This document shows positions 60,187-64,000 of a DNA stretch of 64,000 nucleotides, in pieces. Numbering within the stretch: the stretch's first letter is position 1; every line of letters starts with the position of its first letter. Origin of the DNA: Candidatus Nomurabacteria bacterium (lineage in GTDB: Bacteria; Patescibacteriota; Minisyncoccia; Phycocordibacterales; SBAW01); assembly GCA_943348815.1 (NCBI GenBank), contig CALQYT010000006.1:2501-66500 (forward strand), read 5' to 3'. The translations under genes and the position numbers were made by a program. The notes under the pieces are model-generated. The model saw only the letters and a list, made by a program, of their open reading frames with translations, had not been told where the DNA came from and searched no databases.

Positions 60187-60438
60187 TCTCTGACACCCGC
60201 GCATCCCCCGTAGATTTTTTATGTACTCGAAGCCCGTGAGCTCCGAGCAGTGTGAGGTCGATTACGGGTAGCAGATGTCGACCATCGGGGTATCAGAGAG
60301 CTGACAACAACTGAAAACGAAAAGAGCTCGCGATCCGATACCACAAAATGTGATAATTGGATCGCGAGCTCTTAAACTCGGAATACCTTTCAGGATGCCC
60401 CTTGAGGCATAAGCTATTCAGTTGTTAATTGCATTATA
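60187..60438 (-). promoter_or_regulatory. TATAAT promoter plus ~250-nt structured leader of the phage late operon
   Basis: TATAAT at 60433-60438 (minus strand); several long complementary helices between it and the methylase ATG. Confidence 0.6.
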
Positions 60439-60522
60439 GCACCGCTCAAAAAGTCTGCACAAGAGTACCCCCTGTGCATAAACTCTTACATCGGTTGCCC
60501 ACAGGGTGGTGATTTGCATTTG

Positions 60523-60563
60523 CCGCTATAATCGGTTACAATCCACTATATGCATTATAGCGG
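60523..60563. promoter_or_regulatory. Inverted-repeat operator/promoter upstream of fic
   Basis: ccgctataat (60523-60532) ... attatagcgg (60554-60563). Confidence 0.55.
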
Positions 60564-60581
60564 TTAATTTATAGCTCATTT

Positions 60582-61646
60582 ATGAAAGACATTACACGAA
60601 AATTCGATCATCGCATTAAAAATCCCGATCCGCACATCGTGGCTCTTTTGGCTGAGATTGATGGTATCCGGGGTGAGTTCAAGTCAGGTTTGCGAATGAC
60701 GCCACAGGCAATTACTAATCTCCGCAAGTCGACACTCATCACATCTGCCGGTGCCTCGACTCGTATTGAGGGCGCGAAACTTACCGACGAGGAAGTGGAG
60801 AAGATCATGCGCGGTCTTGCGGTCTCTAAATTTGCCGATCGTGATTCGCAGGAAGTGCAGGGCTATCTCGAAACGCTTCAGAATGTTTTCGATAGCTTCC
60901 AAACTCTGCCGCTTCGCGAGGGCATCATTACTTCGCTTCACAAACAGCTCCTCAAATACTCAACCAAAGATGACACGCATCGAGGCGGTTACAAAAAGAA
61001 AGAGAATACTGTCGGCGTACTTGGACCGGATGGCAAGGTCGCGCGGATCATGTTTGAGACGACAAAAGCGTTCCTTACTCCCAAGGAAATGCAGGAGCTC
61101 GTGGACTGGACTGCTGATGCGTTTGAGAAGAGCCGTTTCCACCCTCTCCTTATCATCGCGAACTTCATTATTGAATTTTTGAAAATCCACCCATTCGAGG
61201 ACGGCAATGGGCGTCTTTCGCGTGTCCTTACAAATCTCTTGCTTCTGCGATCCGGCTACCAGTTCGTACAGTATGTCTCTCACGAGCAGATTGTTGAACG
61301 CCGCAAGGACGAATACTATCTTGCGCTCCGCAAGTCGCAGGAGACGTTCAAGACTGATCACGATACTATTGCGCCATGGCTCAATTTCTTCCTTTCAGTC
61401 ATCAAGGAGCAAGCCACAAAAGCACTCTCGTACCTGGAAGAAGAAAAAGTCGAGGACAATCTCTCTCCAAAGCAATACGAGGTCTGGAAGCATGTCTCAA
61501 GTGTCGGCGAGGCCGCACCGGGCGAGATCGTCAAAGCAACCGGTATAGCACTGGGCACAGTTCGCCAGGCACTTAACAGTTTGGTTGATCTGGGCAAGGT
61601 CAAGCGCGTTGGGCGTGGCCGGGGTACACGGTATGTAAAAATATAA
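60582..61646 (+). CDS. Fic family protein with C-terminal winged HTH
   Basis: Canonical HPFEDGNGRLSR; N-terminal STRIEG inhibitory motif; C-terminal L..LV..G...R.GRGRGT.Y. Confidence 0.95.
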   Translation: MKDITRKFDHRIKNPDPHIVALLAEIDGIRGEFKSGLRMTPQAITNLRKSTLITSAGASTRIEGAKLTDEEVEKIMRGLAVSKFADRDSQEVQGYLETLQNVFDSFQTLPLREGIITSLHKQLLKYSTKDDTHRGGYKKKENTVGVLGPDGKVARIMFETTKAFLTPKEMQELVDWTADAFEKSRFHPLLIIANFIIEFLKIHPFEDGNGRLSRVLTNLLLLRSGYQFVQYVSHEQIVERRKDEYYLALRKSQETFKTDHDTIAPWLNFFLSVIKEQATKALSYLEEEKVEDNLSPKQYEVWKHVSSVGEAAPGEIVKATGIALGTVRQALNSLVDLGKVKRVGRGRGTRYVKI

Positions 61647-61666
61647 ACTTAAATTGGAAATCGCCT

Positions 61667-62170
61667 ATGAACACACAAAATCATAAACACGAAGAAGCAA
61701 AACGATACCTCAAAAAGTTTGAGATCGTTGAGACCGAAGTTGAGTTGCCGATTCAGGGTCAGGTGAAAGATCCGGAAGACCTTTACCAGTTCCTCAAGGA
61801 TTTGGAGAACGAGAGTGTACCCAAGACTATCGGGATTTATCTCGATGATAAAAACTTGTTTCTTGGGCATCAGATCTTTTTAGGTTCCTCTCCCAAGAAC
61901 TTCAATACCCAGATGCTCTGGCATTACTTCTCTTTATTTCTTGCTCAAAAGTTTATCCTCCTAATTAATCATCCGGGCTCTGCTGATCCGACGCCGGATG
62001 AGATCGACAAAAAACTCATGCGAGCTCTACAGGCCGACTCGCAGGTTTTGTCGTTCAAACCATTTTTTGCAGACTTCATTATCGTGGCTAAAAAATCTTA
62101 CTTCAGCATGGCGACCAACGACGGTACAACGGCTCATTCTGGCCATCAGGAACATATTACGAAATTTTAA
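61667..62170 (+). CDS. RadC/JAB-like protein with degenerate metal site
   Basis: P.D....L..L.....IYLD.KN, INHPGSADPTPDEID, ADFIIV....YFS; compare RadC HNHPSG.P.PS..D and LDH.IV. Confidence 0.7.
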   Translation: MNTQNHKHEEAKRYLKKFEIVETEVELPIQGQVKDPEDLYQFLKDLENESVPKTIGIYLDDKNLFLGHQIFLGSSPKNFNTQMLWHYFSLFLAQKFILLINHPGSADPTPDEIDKKLMRALQADSQVLSFKPFFADFIIVAKKSYFSMATNDGTTAHSGHQEHITKF

Positions 62171-62173
62171 TTT

Positions 62174-63880
62174 ATGAAATACGTCAAATTTACCCTCAAA
62201 GATTATAAAGCGATCGCCGGTGAGCTGGAGATAGATATTAAAAAATCCTTGCTCCCCATTATTGGCATCAACGAAAGCGGCAAGACCAGTATCTTGTGGG
62301 GTATTTTCGCTTTCGATGAAGCTAATGATTCACTCAACGATGGTCGGCACATGAAAAATGTCGGCAACCTTTATAAAACAAGTAATCGCGGGGAGCCGTC
62401 GATCATAGCTGATATTGAGGCAACTAAAGAAGAATTGATTGATTTTTTAGACAGTATTGATAGTAGTGCAGAAACACCGGCCGAAGCAAAGGCAGAAATA
62501 AAGAAATACAAACGAGCTCTTTCCTCATGGGCTGACGTGATCCGGATTAAACGAAACTTGATAAGCAAAACATACAGTATCGAGAATCCGGGGTTAAAAC
62601 CATTCTCACATCTCAATCCGCTCATGATCGAGGAGTGTCTCGGCAGTACGCCTTATATTCTCTACTTCGATGATTTCCGGGACACCATTCACGAGGAGAT
62701 CCTGATCGAGGGTGAGGCTGGCTCCCCTAAGGGATGGCTTGCGATTATCGAGCAGTTGTTCAAAAAGACCAATCCCAGCTATTCAGTCTACAAACTTCAA
62801 GGGACCGAGGAGCTTCAAAGAAAAAGCATCATGGCTGACGTGTGTAAGACCCTTAACAACACGTTGGCCAAAGAGTGGGAGAAGTTCACCCTTGAGGAGG
62901 GATCACGACTGGACGTTGATATTCAGTATGTCGCCACAGAAAACAAACTCAACCTTTTCATAAAAGAAAACATCGATGGCAATGATCGCTACTTTGGTAT
63001 TCAGGATCGAAGCAAAGGTTTTTATTGGTTCTTTAATTTCGTGATGAAGCTCGAGTTTAATCCGAAAGTCCGAAGCATGGATGACAAAGATACTATCTAC
63101 TTACTGGATGAGCCGGGTTCTTATCTCTATTCCAGCGCACAAGCAAAGCTCTGTGAAAAGTTAGCCTTGTTGTCTCAAAATAATGTGGTCATTTATTGCA
63201 CTCATTCACATTACTTGCTTGATCCGGATAAGATACCTTTGAGCTATATCAAGATTGCTCAAAAGGGTGGTGATGGGAGCGTTAAGCTCGTCTCGCTTCC
63301 GGAGTACAAAGACGATAAAAAAGAAAAACGACTTGCGATCCAGCCGATTATCGATGCACTAAAAATCAAACCATTTATTACAGACTTTAATTTCGAGTAT
63401 CTCTGTATCGTCGAGGGTATTTACGATTACTATGTTTTTGAGATGTTTCAGGGCGAAAATCACAACCTTAAATTTTTGCCGGCCGTGAATGCGGATAGCT
63501 TGAAGTATTTCATCTCTATTGCAATTGGGTGGCGCGTTCAGTACGTGGCCATGTGGGACAATGACGCCGAGGGCAAAAAGGAGTTCACAAAAGCGCAGGG
63601 ATTTTTCGGGGAGCGGGAAGCAAAAAAGTTTCTGCTCTTGCCATCGGAGAATCCACGCAAAAAAAACTTTATTCTGCAGGACTTATTTGTCGGTGGCGAC
63701 CTGAAGATGATTAAGCAAGAGCTTAGCCTTCCTGCGAATGCCGCTTTTGAGAAAACAATCCTAATGCTGTATTTCAGCGATAAGCGCAAGGAAATAGTTG
63801 GCAAAATTTCCAACGACACCAAAAAGGCGGTTAAGCACGTGTACACGAAAATTAACGAGCTATATCAGAGTTCTCAATAA
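62174..63880 (+). CDS. OLD-family ABC ATPase-TOPRIM nuclease
   Basis: Walker A GINESGKT, RSKGF.W, Walker B LLDEPG, THS; TOPRIM VEGIYD and DND. Confidence 0.88.
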   Translation: MKYVKFTLKDYKAIAGELEIDIKKSLLPIIGINESGKTSILWGIFAFDEANDSLNDGRHMKNVGNLYKTSNRGEPSIIADIEATKEELIDFLDSIDSSAETPAEAKAEIKKYKRALSSWADVIRIKRNLISKTYSIENPGLKPFSHLNPLMIEECLGSTPYILYFDDFRDTIHEEILIEGEAGSPKGWLAIIEQLFKKTNPSYSVYKLQGTEELQRKSIMADVCKTLNNTLAKEWEKFTLEEGSRLDVDIQYVATENKLNLFIKENIDGNDRYFGIQDRSKGFYWFFNFVMKLEFNPKVRSMDDKDTIYLLDEPGSYLYSSAQAKLCEKLALLSQNNVVIYCTHSHYLLDPDKIPLSYIKIAQKGGDGSVKLVSLPEYKDDKKEKRLAIQPIIDALKIKPFITDFNFEYLCIVEGIYDYYVFEMFQGENHNLKFLPAVNADSLKYFISIAIGWRVQYVAMWDNDAEGKKEFTKAQGFFGEREAKKFLLLPSENPRKKNFILQDLFVGGDLKMIKQELSLPANAAFEKTILMLYFSDKRKEIVGKISNDTKKAVKHVYTKINELYQSSQ

Positions 63881-64000
63881 TGCTAAAATTGTAATTCAAA
63901 TATGTTCCCGACAAATATCCAAAAATTAATAAAAACGCCGATGATCCTGCTTACCATAGGAGCATTGGTTTTTGGATTTATCTGTCTGGGAACTTTTACC

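Larger units (their letters stand above)
39121..64000. mobile_element. Prophage, podovirus-like late module; continues beyond the right edge
   Basis: Co-oriented methylase, ParB, terS, terL, portal, scaffold, capsid, tail and lysis genes; no tape-measure or sheath gene seen. Confidence 0.92.

Noticed and set aside
60187-60299. HDV-like or hammerhead ribozyme, or a known SAM riboswitch class
   Set aside because: I could not place the required conserved core nucleotides by eye; kept as an unclassified structured RNA.
62174-64000. Gabija or PARIS system
   Set aside because: No UvrD (GajB) or separate AriB gene within the window; the next ORF (~63901) begins with a membrane-like segment and is cut off.

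Overview
This window most likely comes from a Patescibacteria (CPR, Parcubacteria-like) chromosome; the taxonomy is inferred from gene content and style and was not searched. It reads cleanly in genetic code 11 and has three zones. (1) 1 to ~7.1 kb: the end of an integrative island, with a large serine recombinase running off the left edge, HTH and SpoVG-like genes, a perfect 145-bp inverted repeat around a structured spacer, a controller-like XRE gene, orphan cargo genes and two 33-bp att-like repeats. (2) ~7.1 to 38.2 kb: host backbone with pyrG, ftsX and ftsE split by an insertion, prfB, five tRNAs, gatA/gatC, ligA, a type IV pilus/competence locus without a secretin, comF and a hybrid histidine kinase. 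(3) ~38.3 to 64 kb: a podovirus-like prophage with lysis, virion, capsid, portal, terminase, ParB and adenine methylase genes, followed by a divergent Fic / degenerate RadC-JAB / OLD-type ATPase-TOPRIM operon. The strongest unexplained signals are: start-less, paralogous peptide tails that begin at tRNA-3'-end-like sites 5 nt longer than a real tRNA end, suggesting serine integrase genes split by their own attP; a Fic fragment fused to a SET gene; a ~250-nt multi-helix leader before the phage late operon; rearranged tRNA-Asp fragments; a 26 x 14-aa repeat virion protein; and widespread leaderless-type TANNNT-N6-start host promoters next to Shine-Dalgarno-bearing orphan genes. All alignments, folds and counts were done by eye.
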